Source: a bacterium (GTDB lineage Bacteria; SAR324; XYD2-FULL-50-16; G965216635). Taken from it: DNA of 64,000 nucleotides. Below the pieces are notes generated by a model. That model had not been told where the DNA came from and ran no database searches. It was given only the letters and a program-made list of their open reading frames with translations. The DNA is taken from positions 1,952,001-2,016,000 of the forward strand of contig OZ244188.1 of the NCBI GenBank assembly GCA_965216635.1. The letters are read 5' to 3'. Both the position numbers and the translations under genes were made by a program. Shown piece after piece: positions 29,991-40,328 of the stretch; the first letter of the stretch is position 1, and the number at the start of each line of letters is the position of its first letter.

Positions 29991-31466
29991 ATGAACAACA
30001 CTTTTCTTACTGACGGGAATCTTTCTCATGCCACCCTAACTGATCTCTATCAACTTACTATGGCACAGGGTTATTGGAAAATAGCTAAAAAAAACTTGAA
30101 AGCTGTTTTTCATTTGACTTTTAGAGATATTCCTTTTGATAACGGCTATATTGTCTTTTGTGGTCTGGATTCTGTTTTAGAAGCGGTAGAAAATTATGCT
30201 TTTTGTGAGTCGGATTTGATTTATCTTAGCAAAGTAAAGACTCCAAACGGTGAACTTTTATTTGAAAAAGAATTCCTAAACCATCTAAAAAATTATAAAT
30301 TAAGTTGCAACATTTATTCTGCATTGGAGGGCAGTATTGTTTTTGCAGAAGAACCCGTATTGAGAGTAGAAGGCACTATTTTGGATTGTCAGCTTTTAGA
30401 AAGTCAGTTACTCAATAAAATCAATTTCCAAAGCCTTATTGCTACAAAAGCAGCTCGTATTTTTTCTGTTTCTATGGACAAACCCATATTAGAATTTGGT
30501 TTGAGGCGGGCACAAGGCAGCGACGGGGCTTTATCTGCTTCACGAGCTGCCTATATTGGTGGGGCTGCCGCTACGAGTAATGTAAGTGCTGGTAAAATCC
30601 ATAATATACCTATAGTAGGTACTCATTCTCATAGTTGGGTGATGAGTTTTGATTCGGAAAAAGAGGCTTTTAAACAGTATATTCTCTCTTGTCCTACAAA
30701 CTGCATTTTATTAGTAGATACCTACTCCACTATTCAAGGCACAAAAAACGCTATTTCGGCTGTAAAAGCATATTTAGTAGAGCCTGAAAAGAATTTTTTA
30801 GCTATCCGAATTGACTCAGGAGATTTGGCTTATTTGAGTAAAAAAGCTCGCTTACTTTTGGACGAAGCAGGATTTCACAAAACAAAAATTATTGCTAGTA
30901 ACGATCTAGACGAACATATTATTGCTTCCTTAAACGAACAAAGAGCGGCTATTGATACTTGGGCTGTTGGCACAAAATTGATTACGGCAAATGGAGCTTC
31001 TTCCTTAAATGGAGTTTATAAACTCTCTGCTACTTTTAACGAGGATAAAAAAAAATGGATGCCCTGTTTGAAAATTTCTGAAGATATAAAAAAAATTAAC
31101 AACCCCGGTATTTTACAAGTTCTCAGATTTTTTGATAAAGATGGTGTGGCTTATAGCGATAGTATCTATAACCAATTAGAATTTACTCCTGAAAAAAATA
31201 TGGTTATGATTAACCCTCATAATCCTCGCCAAAAAAAAACAATTAGTTTAGATGACCATCACGAAAAGCTTTTGCACCAAGTTGTCAAAGAAGGAAAAGT
31301 AGTTTATCGTTCTCCTTCTATTCATAGAATAAGAGAGAGAGCCTTGAATCAATTAAAAAATTTTGATGCCTCTATCAAGAGACATATTCATCCTCATATT
31401 TACCCCATAGGTTTAGAAAGAGGGTTGTATCAATTAAAGGATGAATTGATTTTAAAAAATAAATAG
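29991..31466 (+). CDS. pncB: Nicotinate phosphoribosyltransferase
   Basis: TDLYQLTM, EFGLRRAQG, GTHSHS, LVDTY, IRIDSGDL, GVYKL. Confidence 0.95.
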   Translation: MNNTFLTDGNLSHATLTDLYQLTMAQGYWKIAKKNLKAVFHLTFRDIPFDNGYIVFCGLDSVLEAVENYAFCESDLIYLSKVKTPNGELLFEKEFLNHLKNYKLSCNIYSALEGSIVFAEEPVLRVEGTILDCQLLESQLLNKINFQSLIATKAARIFSVSMDKPILEFGLRRAQGSDGALSASRAAYIGGAAATSNVSAGKIHNIPIVGTHSHSWVMSFDSEKEAFKQYILSCPTNCILLVDTYSTIQGTKNAISAVKAYLVEPEKNFLAIRIDSGDLAYLSKKARLLLDEAGFHKTKIIASNDLDEHIIASLNEQRAAIDTWAVGTKLITANGASSLNGVYKLSATFNEDKKKWMPCLKISEDIKKINNPGILQVLRFFDKDGVAYSDSIYNQLEFTPEKNMVMINPHNPRQKKTISLDDHHEKLLHQVVKEGKVVYRSPSIHRIRERALNQLKNFDASIKRHIHPHIYPIGLERGLYQLKDELILKNK

Positions 31467-31487
31467 AGAATTATATCTCATAAATTA

Positions 31488-32366
31488 ATGCATAATTTCA
31501 AAAATATTTACTGCGTAGAAAAAACAACTCTTTTGGAAAGGATTAGCCGCGATAAAAAATCCTTAGATAATATGAAAAAAAGCCCTCTACAAAAACGGAT
31601 TGAAAAAAATCACAAAAATCACAAGCTGTTTATGAATCTCTTTAAAAAAATTCTACTGAAAAAAGAATCAAAAGCTGTTTTTATTAAAGATAACCAAATA
31701 AAAACTATTCGTCCTCGTAAAAACGACCTAGTTATTAGCTGCGGAGGCGATGGCAATTTTTTATCCTGTGCCCAAAACTACTTGAACGCTACTTTTCTAG
31801 GTATTAACACAACCTACATTCCGCAGGATCCTGTATTTGGAAGCCAAGGAGCCTTAACCAATATCAACCAAGAAAATCTTCTTGAAAAATGGCAAAAGTT
31901 TCTTGAGCGGAACTATTCTATCCAAAACTGGAAAAGATTATCTGCGAGTATAAACGGGAAAAAATTAAAAAAATACGCCGTTAATGATATTTACATAGGT
32001 AATCAAATGGCTTATTTGACCTGTTTTTTTTCTTTACAAACTCCAGAACATACCAGCGAGTTTTTTTGTTCAGGTGTACTCACTTGCACAGGAATGGGAA
32101 GCAACGCTTGGTTTCGCAACGCCGGTGGAAATCCTTTTGCAAAAAATTTAAACGCCTTTAGTTATCTTGTACTTACTCCCCAAGCCAAAACACCACCTGC
32201 TAGAGTGTCAGAAATTTTAGACGGAGGGCAAAAAATAAAATTGAGAATCCTAAAAGATAAAATAGTTGTTTGTTTAGATTCTAGAGAAACCATCTTTACA
32301 AAAATGGGTGATGAAGTAGAAGTTTTCTTAGAACACGATAAATTCATTCCCGTAATTCAACTATGA
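31488..32366 (+). CDS. NAD kinase-family protein
   Basis: GGDG motif, AVND, CTGMGSNAW; follows pncB. Confidence 0.75.
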   Translation: MHNFKNIYCVEKTTLLERISRDKKSLDNMKKSPLQKRIEKNHKNHKLFMNLFKKILLKKESKAVFIKDNQIKTIRPRKNDLVISCGGDGNFLSCAQNYLNATFLGINTTYIPQDPVFGSQGALTNINQENLLEKWQKFLERNYSIQNWKRLSASINGKKLKKYAVNDIYIGNQMAYLTCFFSLQTPEHTSEFFCSGVLTCTGMGSNAWFRNAGGNPFAKNLNAFSYLVLTPQAKTPPARVSEILDGGQKIKLRILKDKIVVCLDSRETIFTKMGDEVEVFLEHDKFIPVIQL

Positions 32367-33436
32367 ATTTCTTAGATCCTTTTTTTTCTTCCTTTGAAGC
32401 TTACACTGCGGTAGAAAATCTAGAGCAACTTTCCCAAAAAACAGGCTTTGCAAAAGAAGATATTATTAAGATTAACGCCAATGAAAATCCTTACGGTTTT
32501 CCTAAAAAACTAGTGTTGAAAATTCTGCAAGATGTGAACTGGACGCATTATCCTGATGCAGAGCAAACCCTTCTAAGAAAATATATAAGCGATTACACAC
32601 ACACACATCCGACAGAAATTTTAGCAGGCAACGGTAGCGATGAAATTTTGGATATTATTTGTCGGTTTTTGCCAAAAACCAGTAAAGTTCTCATTTTTCC
32701 TCCGACCTTTTCTTACTACGAGCATTTAATTAAATTAAACCGACACCTCTGTCTTAAAGGAAGGCTTAACAAAGATTTTTCTATAGACCTAAACAATGCA
32801 TCTGAATTGCAAAAAACAAAACCAGCCCTCGTTTTTTTATGCTCTCCTAATAACCCAACAGGCAAATGTATCAGTGAGAAAGAATTACAATTTTTTTTGA
32901 AATGGGATTCGCTCATCGTTTTAGACGAGGCTTATTTTGAGTTCAGTCAAACCAGTCACCAAAAGCTTCTTAGAAAAAACAAAAATCTTATCATTACAAG
33001 AACCTTCTCCAAAGCCTTTGCTTTAGCTGGGTTACGACTGGGTTATGCCGTGTTAGATTCTCAGCTACAAAAAAAATTTTTGGCTTTGAAATACCCTTAC
33101 AATACCCATAATTTAGGCGAAGTGGCTGTCAAGGTTTGTTTGCAAAATTTGGAAATATTCCAAAAACAAATCACACAAATACTAAAAACAAGAGAATGGG
33201 TTTTTAAAAAACTTGAGCAACACCCAAAAATCACACCCTATCCATCGCAGAGCAATTTTATTCTTTGTCAAATTTTTCAAGTCAGTGCAAAGGAAATTTA
33301 TCATCAACTTATACGGCAAGGTATTATTATCCGCTACTTTGACACCGCATTGCTCAAAAATTTTATCCGTTTTAGTATAGGCACTCCTCAACAGATGCAG
33401 AAATTTGTTTCGGTTATGTTTGATATTTTGGCTTGA
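32363..33436 (+). CDS. hisC: Histidinol-phosphate aminotransferase
   Basis: NANENPY, GNGSDE, PNNPTG, DEAY, RTFSKAFALAGLRLG. Confidence 0.93.
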   Translation: MNFLDPFFSSFEAYTAVENLEQLSQKTGFAKEDIIKINANENPYGFPKKLVLKILQDVNWTHYPDAEQTLLRKYISDYTHTHPTEILAGNGSDEILDIICRFLPKTSKVLIFPPTFSYYEHLIKLNRHLCLKGRLNKDFSIDLNNASELQKTKPALVFLCSPNNPTGKCISEKELQFFLKWDSLIVLDEAYFEFSQTSHQKLLRKNKNLIITRTFSKAFALAGLRLGYAVLDSQLQKKFLALKYPYNTHNLGEVAVKVCLQNLEIFQKQITQILKTREWVFKKLEQHPKITPYPSQSNFILCQIFQVSAKEIYHQLIRQGIIIRYFDTALLKNFIRFSIGTPQQMQKFVSVMFDILA

Positions 33437-33537
33437 TATTTTGGCAGGTTAGAAACAAATTGGCTTACTTTTTCCTTTCATTCTGGTTATAACCAAAGTT
33501 TCTTTGGGCGGTTTGTCTATTTTTTGCTGTTTCTTTT

Positions 33538-34410
33538 CTACGCTCTACAATTTTCTATATCACAAACTAAAATATCTTTAGCACCTATAGATTCTAGTTG
33601 TTCCATAAGCTCCACAGAGCTTTCTTTTTTGATTAAGGATTTTACAGCCACCCAATTAGAATTTTCTAACGGCATAATTGTAGGAGATGTTCCCCCTGGT
33701 GTTAATTTCTCTCCTCGTGAAAGATTTTTTCTTTGAATGTTGTATTCAATCAAGGCGTAGCTATTGGCTTTGCATATTCCTTCAATTCTCAAACTAACTT
33801 GTTCTGCTAATTTTGGATGTTTTGTATTGGGGTTCATTATTAAAATAGCTTCTGAATCCAGAAGAGTCTCTCTTATTCTCAGGTTCATAGCCTTCAAAGT
33901 TTCTCCAGTCTCTACAAGGTCTACTATCAAATGCGATAAACCTAGTCTGCAAGCAATTTCCACAGATCCCGAAAGTTGAATGATTTTTAATTGTTTGATT
34001 TTTTTTTGTAAAAATTGCTTGGTGAGATGCGGAAAAGAAGTAGCTACAGTCAAAAATTCTGTGTTGTCTAATTTGATTTTAGATTTTTCTGGGGATAGGA
34101 GACACAGGAAACATTTACCATAATTTAAGGCTAATTTTTCTATCAAATCTCCGCTTCCAGCGGAACGGGATTCTAAAATCAAATCTCTGCCGCTGATTCC
34201 TAAATCTACTTCACCTTGTGAAATATAGTTCGGTATATCTTTGGCAGGCAAAAAAACAATGGTCACTGCTAGATTTTGACAAGGAGCAATATCGGAGCGG
34301 AAATTTTTTTGAAAATCTAGCCCAGATTTTTTAAGAATGTCTTCACTGCTAGTGCTGAGTCTGCCTTTTTTAGGAATGGCAAGTAGAAGTCTATTTTTTG
34401 TTTTCATCAC
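33538..34410 (-). CDS. hisG: ATP phosphoribosyltransferase (long form)
   Basis: AIPKKGRL, DIP.Y, GSVE, DLVETGETL, C-terminal regulatory domain (SPTIMPL). Confidence 0.95.
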   Translation of the reverse strand: MMKTKNRLLLAIPKKGRLSTSSEDILKKSGLDFQKNFRSDIAPCQNLAVTIVFLPAKDIPNYISQGEVDLGISGRDLILESRSAGSGDLIEKLALNYGKCFLCLLSPEKSKIKLDNTEFLTVATSFPHLTKQFLQKKIKQLKIIQLSGSVEIACRLGLSHLIVDLVETGETLKAMNLRIRETLLDSEAILIMNPNTKHPKLAEQVSLRIEGICKANSYALIEYNIQRKNLSRGEKLTPGGTSPTIMPLENSNWVAVKSLIKKESSVELMEQLESIGAKDILVCDIENCRA

Positions 34411-34693
34411 GTCTTCGTTTAAGTTCTTCTGCTATATCTTGGGGAGTAATACCTTCAAAATCTAGCATCACTAAAAGGTGAAAAAGTAAGTCTGCTGTTT
34501 CATGAATAGTTTCTTTTTTTGCTTTATCTTTAGCAGCTAAAATAACTTCAGTGCTTTCTTCACCTATTTTTTGCAAGATAGAGTTCAGCCCTTTTTGATT
34601 GAGCAGAGCAACATAAGATGTTTGAGGATTGGATGATTTTCTTTGCTGAATGATTTCAAAAAGCTCGTTTAGCGCAGAAAAATCTTTTTTCAT
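34391..34693 (-). CDS. hisE: Phosphoribosyl-ATP pyrophosphatase (likely start MKKDF)
   Basis: SYVALL, KIGEESTE, ETADLLFH. Confidence 0.93.
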   Translation of the reverse strand: MKKDFSALNELFEIIQQRKSSNPQTSYVALLNQKGLNSILQKIGEESTEVILAAKDKAKKETIHETADLLFHLLVMLDFEGITPQDIAEELKRRRDENKK

Positions 34694-34753
34694 TTTAAAT
34701 ATTTTCGGTTTAAATCTTTTCAATTTAAATCTTTCGGTTTAAATCTTTTCAAT

Positions 34754-35854
34754 TTAAATCTTTCGGTTTAAATTTTTTAACCTTTTTTTAAATTCTATTT
34801 GTAAAGTAGCGGGAACTTTGATTTCCGTTTTTACTACAAAAAATTTTGGCATTTCTTTTCTATAAGAAAAAAGTTTTACCCAATCCTTTTCTGTAGTTAA
34901 GAATAAACTGTTAGCAGAGATTTTACTATATTTTTTGCTAATTTTTTTTTGGTAGCAAAAAACTTTTTCTAGACTAGTTTTTGAATAGGAAAAATGATCG
35001 GGAAAATAAAATGTTTTTACAATTTTGCCTTTGGTTCCTAAAATGGATTTTAAAAGCAATACAAAACCTTGGGGGTTAGCAATGGCACAAAAAACTACTA
35101 CCTCTTTGTTTTCCAATTTTTTCAAAGGAATTTTTTGTAAATTTTTAGAATCTATTAGGTATTTTGCTTTGAGCTCTAGTGAAAAAAAATTTTTTCCTTG
35201 TGGTAAATCTTGTTGAATCTGGCGGATTTTATTTGCGTTATATTGGCTATCTTTTTCTAAATTACAGCCCGTCAATAAAATCAGATCGTTTCTTTTTAGA
35301 GCAGATAAAGGCTCGCGAAGAATACCTTGGGGGAGTAGTTTTTTATTTCCAAAACCAACAAGACTATTAACCAAACATATATCTATATCTCTAGCTACCG
35401 CTAAATGCTGCATCCCGTCGTCCAAAATTCCAATATTTCCTAGATGAGAATATTGCATTAAACTTTTTTTTCTTTTGGGAAAAATAACAATAGGCACTTT
35501 AGGATGATGCAGAGATAACATAACAGGTTCGTCTCCATAAAATCCAACCATTGGGAGTATTTTATTTGGCTGTTTTTCTGCTTGGATGAGTAGACGCATT
35601 TTCTTCCCTTGAGACTTATAGCCTCTGGTAAAAACTACGGGCTTAAAACCTTGCGTTTGCAAAAAACCAACTAACCAACTTACAAAAGGAGTTTTTCCAG
35701 TACCTCCATAACTAATATTTCCTACTGAAATCACTGGAATTTTTGCTTTATAGCTGGATCTAAGGCGAGCTAAAAAAAACCATATTAGATAGCAACAATA
35801 GTATATTAAACTAGTAAATTTTAACAAAAATTTTTTACAATAAAGCATACTCAA
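34754..35854 (-). CDS. lpxK: Tetraacyldisaccharide 4'-kinase
   Basis: VISVGNISYGGTGKTP, RGYK, GDEP, LDDGMQH, FPDH, TTEKD. Confidence 0.95.
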   Translation of the reverse strand: MSMLYCKKFLLKFTSLIYYCCYLIWFFLARLRSSYKAKIPVISVGNISYGGTGKTPFVSWLVGFLQTQGFKPVVFTRGYKSQGKKMRLLIQAEKQPNKILPMVGFYGDEPVMLSLHHPKVPIVIFPKRKKSLMQYSHLGNIGILDDGMQHLAVARDIDICLVNSLVGFGNKKLLPQGILREPLSALKRNDLILLTGCNLEKDSQYNANKIRQIQQDLPQGKNFFSLELKAKYLIDSKNLQKIPLKKLENKEVVVFCAIANPQGFVLLLKSILGTKGKIVKTFYFPDHFSYSKTSLEKVFCYQKKISKKYSKISANSLFLTTEKDWVKLFSYRKEMPKFFVVKTEIKVPATLQIEFKKRLKNLNRKI

Positions 35855-35898
35855 TGTAGTATTTTAGCTCTTTTACTTTTTCTGCTCTTTTATTTTTT

Positions 35899-36387
35899 CT
35901 ACTTTTTTACTTTTTTTTTAAACTGCACTTTCTCTTCCGTGTTCGTTTTACGAACAACGACAGTATTTGCCATTTTATCGTGCCATCCTTGTTTTCTGAT
36001 ATCAAAAGCTAACCAGAAAATTCCTAAAAATAAAACAGCAACTGAAGGGATATAGCCAATATAGCGAATAATAAACCGCCCTATCGTTGGTTTTTTTCCA
36101 GTATCTGCGTCTACTATTTTTATAGAAAAAAGTAACTTTCCGGGCGTAGCTTGGTAATGGCTCCAAAAAAGTAAAACTACTACAACAGGAAAAACATAGG
36201 ATATTAAAAAATCAGCAGGACCTAGAATATCAAACTCACCCGCCCAAAACATTTTTTTAAAAAACAAAGCTTCACTACCATAAAAAAGATAAGGTAACGG
36301 AGCAGTAATAACGGATACGATAATTCCATCTATAATGGTGGCGAATGTTCTTATCCAAATGCCAGCGTATTTTAATTCTTCTTTCAT
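35899..36387 (-). CDS. RDD family membrane protein
   Basis: YAG.WIR..A.IID, TPGK, QGWHDKMANT. Confidence 0.9.
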   Translation of the reverse strand: MKEELKYAGIWIRTFATIIDGIIVSVITAPLPYLFYGSEALFFKKMFWAGEFDILGPADFLISYVFPVVVVLLFWSHYQATPGKLLFSIKIVDADTGKKPTIGRFIIRYIGYIPSVAVLFLGIFWLAFDIRKQGWHDKMANTVVVRKTNTEEKVQFKKKVKK

Positions 36388-36438
36388 AGTATAGTTTGTT
36401 TGTTGTTTAAAATTAAAGAGACCTTTTCAGTAGATCAC

Positions 36439-39276
36439 TTAATAAATTTTTTCTAGTTGTTTTTTTATCTCTTCCAATCCAGAGATTTTGCTGCCGCTAC
36501 ATTGAGCCAATAAAGAACTACCACCTCCTTTTCCATCTATGAGAGAGCAATGCTTTTTGATAAATTCTCCGCAATGAAATTCGTTTAAATTTTTGGTGCA
36601 GGCGAGCGTTAGCCCTATTTGATTTTGTGAGTATTTTTTGTGAACACAAACAACCCCTTTTTCTATTTTTTGCAAAAGCCTTTCTACAACAGGTTTGTTA
36701 TCTAATTCTTGAGTTGGGTTTGCTTGAAAAAACAATTTTTTACCGTTTTTTTCTACAGGATCTTGGATTTCTACTTCAATTAGTTTTAAGAATTCTTGTT
36801 CTACGGCTTGAATTTCTTTGTCAATTTTCTTTAAATCTTCTGCTATTTTATTGAAATTCTCTCTGTCCCGAGGATCTGACAAAAGTTTCACGTGCTCTTT
36901 AGAATTGAATTGAATTTTGTTTATTATTTTTTTTTCTTGTTTTATAATATTTAGTAATCTGTCTAAATCCTGAATTGAACGAGGAGATTTATAAATTTCT
37001 CTTTTTTCTTCCGTTAATTTTTCTTGTTCTTGGTAAAAAATTTTATTCTGCTCCATTATTTCAGCATTCTTTTTTAATTTTTGCGCCATACGCCCTTTAT
37101 AACTATTCCCAACAACAGCTTCAATCCTGCGAATGCCAGCAGCCGAAGAGGCTTCGGATAAAATCTCAAATTTTTCTAAATCTCCCGTTCTTGTTGCATG
37201 ACAACCTCCACAAAGCTCCATACTGTGCGAACCAGCGCTGATCACACGAACTTCAGCTGCATATTTTTCTCCAAAAAAAGCCAAAGCCCCTTTTTTCAGT
37301 GCTTGTTCTAAGGGCAAAGTTTCGCTATGAATTTCTTCGTTTGTTTCAATATAATCATTCACAAGATTTTGAATTTCTGCTAGTAGGTTGGGTTGAATTG
37401 CTTCAAAATGTTGGAAGTCAAATCTCAGTCTTTGAGATTCTACCAAAGAACCAGCCTGTTTTATATGCTCGCCTAAAACTTCTCTTAAAGCAGCGTGGAG
37501 CAAGTGCGTTGCTGTATGGTGCTTTTCTATTTCTTTTCTTTTTTCAACATCTACCTCTGCAGCAAAAGAAATTTTATTTTGATTTTCTTTAGATGGAGCA
37601 AATGGATTGTTTGCTGTTTTCAATATTGCTCTAGAATAATTCACACCTGCTGGAGATTTTTGGGTGTCTAGCACTTGAATAAAATAATCTTTGGTTACAA
37701 TTTTTCCGCTATCTCCAATTTGTCCGCCAGACTCAGCATAAAAAGGAGTTTTTTCTAAAGATAAGTAAAACTCTTCACCTTGCTTGACTTCGGTTAAAAT
37801 ATGTTCTTTGTTCCAAATGTAGGCAATAGAGCTTTTTGTCTTCAGCTGTTCGTAACCTACAAATTCGTTTCTAAAACCTTTGTCTTGAATTTCTAATAAA
37901 GGCTTCATTACCATTTTGTGGTTTAAATGTTGGGCTGCTCTGGAAGTTGTTTTTTGATTCTGCATGGCTGATTCAAATTCTTTTTTTTCAAAACCCATCT
38001 TTTCTGTTTCTAAAATATCTTCTGCCATATCTACAGGAAACCCGTATGTATCGTAAAGTTTAAAAATATCTACACCGCTAATTTGAGATTTATTTTGTTG
38101 CCGTTCTGCTAAAGCAGTTTTTGGGGGCTGGTCTTTTTTTGCTTTTTCTATCAGCTCGCTTAAAATTTTCATACCACTACTTAGTGTGCTAGCAAATCTT
38201 TCTTCTTCTTGAGTAATAATTTTTTTGATGTAGTCTTTTTGTTGTTTTACTTCAGGATAAGCAGAAGCAATTTGCTCTGCAAAAAAAGAACTGATTTCAG
38301 CAAAACCACCTAGTTTAAGCCCTAAATAATTCGCATTCAACAAGGCTCTGCGAATAATTCTACGCAAAACATAACCTCTGCCTTCGTTAGCGGGAAGCAC
38401 TCCATCACTAATAATAATACTACTGGAGCGAATATGGTCTGCTATAATTCTAGTGGCACAATCTAGCTTGTCTTCACTACCAAAATCATACCTTGCTACT
38501 CTGCAAATAAAATCTATCAGGGGTAAAAAAAGGTCGGTTTTGTAATTAGAATCTACTCCTTGCAAAACAGAAACTATCCTCTCTAAACCCATACCCGTAT
38601 CTACACTTGGGGCTGGGAGAGGTTGAAGTGTTCCGTCTTTTTGACGATTGAATTGCATAAAAACGAGATTCCAAATCTCTAAAAATCTGCCGTCGTCTGC
38701 TTCCAAACTTTGTAAGATACTACGGTTTTTTTGAACTCCGTTTAAATCAAAATGAATTTCCGAACAGGGTCCACAAGGACCCAAATCTCCCATAGACCAA
38801 AAGTTGTCTTTTTCGCCTAAACGGGCAATTCTATCTTTAGGAATACCAATAGTTTTTTCCCAAATTTCAAAAGCCTCGTCATCTTTTTCGTAGACAGAAA
38901 CAGCAAGTTTGTTTTTATCTAGTTTTAATGTTTGCGTCAAGAATTCCCAAGCGTAGGCAATTGCCTTGTCTTTGAAATAATCACCAAAAGAAAAATTACC
39001 CAACATTTCAAAGAAAGTATGGTGCCGTGCAGTTTTACCAACATTATCTAAATCGTTGTGTTTTCCTCCAGCGCGAATGATCTTTTGGATTGTAACAGCT
39101 CGCAAAAAATCCGGCTTATCGTTGCCTAAAAAATAATCTTTGAATTGATTCATACCAGCACTGGTAAATAAAAGAGTGGGATCGTCGTGGGGAACGCTAG
39201 AAGAACTGCTTATTTTTTGGTGTCCCTTGGCACAGAAGAATTTTATAAAAAGCTCACGGAGCTGTTGAGTTTTCAT
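36439..39276 (-). CDS. alaS: Alanine--tRNA ligase
   Basis: DPTLLFT.AGM, HHTFFEMLGNFSFGDY, GPCGPCSE, HTATHLLH, ELCGGCH, GGG. Confidence 0.98.
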   Translation of the reverse strand: MKTQQLRELFIKFFCAKGHQKISSSSSVPHDDPTLLFTSAGMNQFKDYFLGNDKPDFLRAVTIQKIIRAGGKHNDLDNVGKTARHHTFFEMLGNFSFGDYFKDKAIAYAWEFLTQTLKLDKNKLAVSVYEKDDEAFEIWEKTIGIPKDRIARLGEKDNFWSMGDLGPCGPCSEIHFDLNGVQKNRSILQSLEADDGRFLEIWNLVFMQFNRQKDGTLQPLPAPSVDTGMGLERIVSVLQGVDSNYKTDLFLPLIDFICRVARYDFGSEDKLDCATRIIADHIRSSSIIISDGVLPANEGRGYVLRRIIRRALLNANYLGLKLGGFAEISSFFAEQIASAYPEVKQQKDYIKKIITQEEERFASTLSSGMKILSELIEKAKKDQPPKTALAERQQNKSQISGVDIFKLYDTYGFPVDMAEDILETEKMGFEKKEFESAMQNQKTTSRAAQHLNHKMVMKPLLEIQDKGFRNEFVGYEQLKTKSSIAYIWNKEHILTEVKQGEEFYLSLEKTPFYAESGGQIGDSGKIVTKDYFIQVLDTQKSPAGVNYSRAILKTANNPFAPSKENQNKISFAAEVDVEKRKEIEKHHTATHLLHAALREVLGEHIKQAGSLVESQRLRFDFQHFEAIQPNLLAEIQNLVNDYIETNEEIHSETLPLEQALKKGALAFFGEKYAAEVRVISAGSHSMELCGGCHATRTGDLEKFEILSEASSAAGIRRIEAVVGNSYKGRMAQKLKKNAEIMEQNKIFYQEQEKLTEEKREIYKSPRSIQDLDRLLNIIKQEKKIINKIQFNSKEHVKLLSDPRDRENFNKIAEDLKKIDKEIQAVEQEFLKLIEVEIQDPVEKNGKKLFFQANPTQELDNKPVVERLLQKIEKGVVCVHKKYSQNQIGLTLACTKNLNEFHCGEFIKKHCSLIDGKGGGSSLLAQCSGSKISGLEEIKKQLEKIY

Positions 39277-39584
39277 GATCTTAATAGATCAAATTCATCT
39301 GTATTCGTGCTTTTTCGGATGCGATACATTTGTAAAATAATAGCTAAACCTATAACACTCTCTGCCGCCGCGATTACAATCACAAAAAAAATAGCAACAA
39401 TTCCTTCAATATTTTGTAACTGCCAAGCAAAAGTCGCTAAACTTAAGTTAATTGCATTTAACATAATTTCGACACAAATCAAGATCATAATGGCATCTTT
39501 GCGAATTAAAAATCCCAACATACCTATACAGAATAAAATACCACTTAAGACTAAGAGGTTTTGTGTGAGTAATGTCTCGTTCAT
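39273..39584 (-). CDS. nuoK: NADH-quinone oxidoreductase subunit K
   Basis: LFCIG..G, EIMLNA.N, AAAE..GLAI. Confidence 0.94.
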   Translation of the reverse strand: MNETLLTQNLLVLSGILFCIGMLGFLIRKDAIMILICVEIMLNAINLSLATFAWQLQNIEGIVAIFFVIVIAAAESVIGLAIILQMYRIRKSTNTDEFDLLRS

Positions 39585-39592
39585 TTTCTCTT

Positions 39593-39711
39593 ATTAGCGT
39601 TCTGTTTAGCCTATGCGGCGTTAAAAATAAATTTTGCCTCTTGAAATATTCTATATATTCCTGCGAGACAAAATTTATTTTTGCCTTGCCTAGCCGTCAC
39701 ATAACGCTAAT
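39593..39711. mobile_element. Hairpin core module of the MITE family lacking outer TIRs (E9), between nuoJ and nuoK
   Basis: ATTAGCGTT ... GCGGCGTT-stem-CTTGAAATA..TATTCCTGCG-stem-GCCTTGCCTAG ... AACGCTAAT; similar to the reverse complement of the 52527..52666 interior. Confidence 0.75.
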
Positions 39712-39843
39712 GTAATAGTTTTTTTTAAGTTTTTGTTTCTTGAGTTTTCTTCTTACCTAATACAAAAGCCCCTACTAATGTAATAGTTTTTTTTAAGTTT
39801 TTGTTTCTTGAGTTTTCTTCTTACCTAATACAAAAGCCCCTAC
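39707..39843. repeat. 68-bp direct duplication of the nuoJ 3' end
   Basis: ctaatgtaatagttttttttaag...gcccctact at 39707 and 39775. Confidence 0.85.
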
Positions 39844-40320
39844 TGCTGCTACCAATAGTAGTAACGAAATAAACTCAAAAGCTAAAATATATTTATAAAA
39901 TAAAATTTGACTAAAAAGCTCTATGGAGCCTTTTTCTGAAATTTGCTCTAGACTGTAATTTCCTTTAGGAACGTCTTGATTGTCCCAATAGATAAAAACA
40001 CTAATCAATTTAAAACCAAACGCAACTACTATAATAATACTCGCTGCAAGTTTAAAATTCCACTGGATGAGCTTTTCTTGTCTGCCTAAATTCAAGAGCA
40101 TCATAATAAATAAAAAAAGCACCATAATAGCACCCGCATAGACTAGAACTTGAATGGCTGCGATAAATTCCTGATTTAAAATTACATAAATAATTGCAGT
40201 TAAAAAAAAAGCGAATATCAAAGCTAAGCCTGCATTCACTGGACTAGAGGTGAAAATAGCGTAAAGACAGCTTGTGATGAGTAGTGCGGCTATAAGATAA
40301 AATATGATAGAAAAAACCAT
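39793..40320 (-). CDS. nuoJ: NADH-quinone oxidoreductase subunit J
   Basis: EFIAAIQVLVYAGAIMVLFLF, FE.ISLLLLVA.VGA. Confidence 0.94.
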   Translation of the reverse strand: MVFSIIFYLIAALLITSCLYAIFTSSPVNAGLALIFAFFLTAIIYVILNQEFIAAIQVLVYAGAIMVLFLFIMMLLNLGRQEKLIQWNFKLAASIIIVVAFGFKLISVFIYWDNQDVPKGNYSLEQISEKGSIELFSQILFYKYILAFEFISLLLLVAAVGAFVLGKKKTQETKT

Positions 40321-40328
40321 AAATTTTA

